From Alphaproteobacteria bacterium (lineage in GTDB: Bacteria > Pseudomonadota > Alphaproteobacteria > UBA2966): a DNA stretch of 64,000 bases. Position numbers and translations under genes: made by a program. How positions within the stretch are numbered: the first letter of the stretch is position 1; the number at the start of each line of letters is the position of its first letter. Positions 61,709-64,000 of the stretch are shown here, piece by piece. The notes below the pieces were generated by a model, which saw only the letters and a list, made by a program, of their open reading frames with translations, searched no databases and was not told the origin of the DNA. The stretch is from the NCBI GenBank assembly GCA_964291395.2, contig OZ219858.1:64001-128000 (forward strand), read 5' to 3'.

Positions 61709-61782
61709 GATTCGTGCCGGCACCCTCCGGTCGGGAGCTGCTGGCCGCTCCGCCCGGAGGGCTGTGCTATAAGTCGCGAAAG

Positions 61783-64000
61783 ATGTCAGATACGTTCGAT
61801 CTTTCCGCCTTCGACGAGCCTCCCGCCCGGCAGCCGGACGCAGCGCGACACGTCGAGGCCAACGGAGCGGAGCCGCCCTACCTGGCGGCCCTCAATGACG
61901 CCCAGCGCGAAGCCGTCGAGGCGACGGAGGGTCCGGTTCTGGTCCTTGCCGGAGCCGGTACCGGAAAGACGCGTGCCCTGACAACCCGGCTCGCCCACAT
62001 TCTCTGTCTCGGACTCGCACGCCCCGGGGAAATCCTCGCCGTCACGTTCACCAACAAGGCCTCGCGCGAGATGAAGGGCCGGGTAGAGGCTCTGCTTCAG
62101 CGACCGGTCGAGAGCCTGTGGCTCGGCACATTCCACGCGATGGGTGCCAGGATCCTGCGCAGCCATGCGGAACTCGCGGGCCTTAAAGCGAACTTCACCA
62201 TTCTCGACACCGATGACCAGATCCGCCTCGTGAAGCAGGTCATCGAGGCCGCCAATATCGACGAAAAGAGGTGGCCGGCCCGGACTCTCGCGGCAATCAT
62301 CGGCCGTTGGAAGGATCGGGGGATCGGGCCGCAGAAGGCCGGGGCCGACGATACCGGCGACTTCGCCTTCGGCAAGGGCGCGAGCCTGTACGCCGCCTAC
62401 CAGGAGCGGCTGAAATCACTGAACGCCGTCGACTTCGGTGACCTGCTGTTGCACTGCCTGACGATCTTCGGAAACCACGCCGACATTCTGGCGGAATATC
62501 AGCGGCGGTTCCGGTACATCCTGGTGGACGAATATCAGGACGCCAACGTGGCCCAGTACCTGTGGCTTCGGCTCCTGGCGCGCACGCACCGCAACATCTG
62601 CTGCGTCGGCGATGACGACCAGTCGATCTACGGCTGGCGGGGTGCCGAAGTCGGCAACATATTGCGTTTCGAAAAGGATTTCGAAGGGGCCCGTGTCGTG
62701 CGTCTGGAGCAGAACTACCGTTCCACATCGCACATTCTCGCGGCGGCTGCGGGTCTGATCGCGAACAACGCTGGACGACTCGGAAAGACGCTGTGGACGG
62801 AATCGTCCGAGGGCGAGCGCATCAAGATTCGCGGCGTGTGGGACGGCGGGGACGAGGCGCGTTTCGTCGGCGAGGAAGTCGAGGCGTTGCATTCTCGGGG
62901 ACACAGCCTGAACGAGATGGCCATCCTGGTACGGGCTGTCTTTCAAATGCGCGAGTTCGAAGAACGATTCCTCACCCTCGGCCTGCCTTACCGCGTCATC
63001 GGCGGCCTGCGCTTCTATGAACGGCGCGAGATCCGCGATGCCGTGGCGTACTTCCGGACCATCGCCCAGCCGGATGACGACTTGGCCTTCGAGAGGATTG
63101 CCAACGTTCCCCGGCGCGGCATCGGATCGACAACGATGCAGGCCATGCACCAGCTCGCCCGCGCCCGCAATCTCAGCCTAACGCGGGCGGCCGCGGAACT
63201 CGTTGCGACGGACGAGCTTCGGCCGCAGGCCCGGCGCGCGTTATCGGACCTTCTGACGCGCCTCGATCACTGGCGGGTGGAGAAGACCCGGCTGCCCCAC
63301 GCCGAGCTTGCTGAACTCATTCTGGACGATTCTGGCTACACCGCGATGTGGCAGAGCGACAAGTCGCCCGACGCTCCCGGGAAGCTGGAGAACTTGAAGG
63401 AACTGGTCGCGGCGATGGACGAGTTCGAGAATCTCGAAGGATTCCTCGAACACGTCAGCTTGGTCATGGATAACGAGGACTCCGGCGCGGGAGACAAGGT
63501 CAACCTCATGACCCTGCACGGTGCCAAGGGTCTCGAATTCGACACCGTGTTCCTGCCGGGATGGGAAGAAGGCGTCTTTCCCAACCAACGCTCCCTGGAC
63601 GAAGGCGGCTCAACCGCCCTGGAGGAAGAACGCCGCCTCGGACATGTCGGTCTGACGCGCGCCCGTCAACGGGTCCACGTCAGCTTTGCCGCCAATAGGC
63701 GCATTTACAATCAATGGCAGAGCAGCATTCCCTCCCGCTTCATCGACGAATTGCCCAAGGACTCCATCGAATACGTCAGCGAACCAGGCCTTTATGAAGG
63801 CCAACGGACGACGGCTCTCAAGGAAGAGCACGTCAGCCCTTTCGGCGTTTCGGAGAGACCCTCGATGGGACGCCGCCGAAGCCGGTACGATCGCACGGTC
63901 GCGTCGGGCGGACTGATCCTCGAGGGGCGATCCGAAGTCGTCACCGCCAGAGAGTCGGCGGGAGATTTTCACGTGGGTGACCGGGTCTTTCATCAGAAAT
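61783..64000 (+). CDS. uvrD: UvrD/PcrA DNA helicase, 3' end beyond the window (absent from the ORF track)
   Basis: Open frame from ATG 61783: LNDAQREAV, AGAGTGKT, TFTNKA, VDEYQD, GDDDQSIY, LEQNYRS, MTLHGAKGLEF and EERRL. It ends in the Tudor-like GDRVFHQK. Confidence 0.95.
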   Translation, partial: MSDTFDLSAFDEPPARQPDAARHVEANGAEPPYLAALNDAQREAVEATEGPVLVLAGAGTGKTRALTTRLAHILCLGLARPGEILAVTFTNKASREMKGRVEALLQRPVESLWLGTFHAMGARILRSHAELAGLKANFTILDTDDQIRLVKQVIEAANIDEKRWPARTLAAIIGRWKDRGIGPQKAGADDTGDFAFGKGASLYAAYQERLKSLNAVDFGDLLLHCLTIFGNHADILAEYQRRFRYILVDEYQDANVAQYLWLRLLARTHRNICCVGDDDQSIYGWRGAEVGNILRFEKDFEGARVVRLEQNYRSTSHILAAAAGLIANNAGRLGKTLWTESSEGERIKIRGVWDGGDEARFVGEEVEALHSRGHSLNEMAILVRAVFQMREFEERFLTLGLPYRVIGGLRFYERREIRDAVAYFRTIAQPDDDLAFERIANVPRRGIGSTTMQAMHQLARARNLSLTRAAAELVATDELRPQARRALSDLLTRLDHWRVEKTRLPHAELAELILDDSGYTAMWQSDKSPDAPGKLENLKELVAAMDEFENLEGFLEHVSLVMDNEDSGAGDKVNLMTLHGAKGLEFDTVFLPGWEEGVFPNQRSLDEGGSTALEEERRLGHVGLTRARQRVHVSFAANRRIYNQWQSSIPSRFIDELPKDSIEYVSEPGLYEGQRTTALKEEHVSPFGVSERPSMGRRRSRYDRTVASGGLILEGRSEVVTARESAGDFHVGDRVFHQK

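Overview
GC-rich alphaproteobacterial (Rhodospirillales-like) chromosome segment. Bases 1-24.2 kb are a dense accessory-metabolism block: two hydantoinase B/oxoprolinase genes, amidases, two 2OG-Fe(II) oxygenases, two Rid proteins, LLM, AKR, GMC and MetE-like enzymes, a CYTH-CHAD/ParA pair with Pho-box-like repeats, a divergent DRE-TIM protein and an MBL pseudogene. This block ends at tRNA-Lys(CTT). Bases 24.4-48.7 kb are mostly housekeeping genes (rodA-mrdA-mreDCB, leuA with a Leu-rich leader peptide, ilvC-ilvN-ilvB, miaA, serB, degP, hflCK, apbC, thyX), interrupted by an atypical sulfite-oxidase-family molybdoenzyme-etfB-etfA operon and a tandem DUF924 pair. A decayed 5.3 kb islet (internally deleted integrase, truncated ArsR, SRPBCC, LysR, orphan solute-binding protein, Rieske oxygenase) lies between thyX and a two-piece permuted tmRNA. 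After the tmRNA come sspB, a frameshifted fumC, an RHH protein, an FAD oxidase, a thioesterase, a pentapeptide-repeat protein, a ClC and a uvrD cut off by the window end. No CRISPR array, rRNA or intact mobile element was seen. All family calls come from reading motifs by eye, not from database searches.
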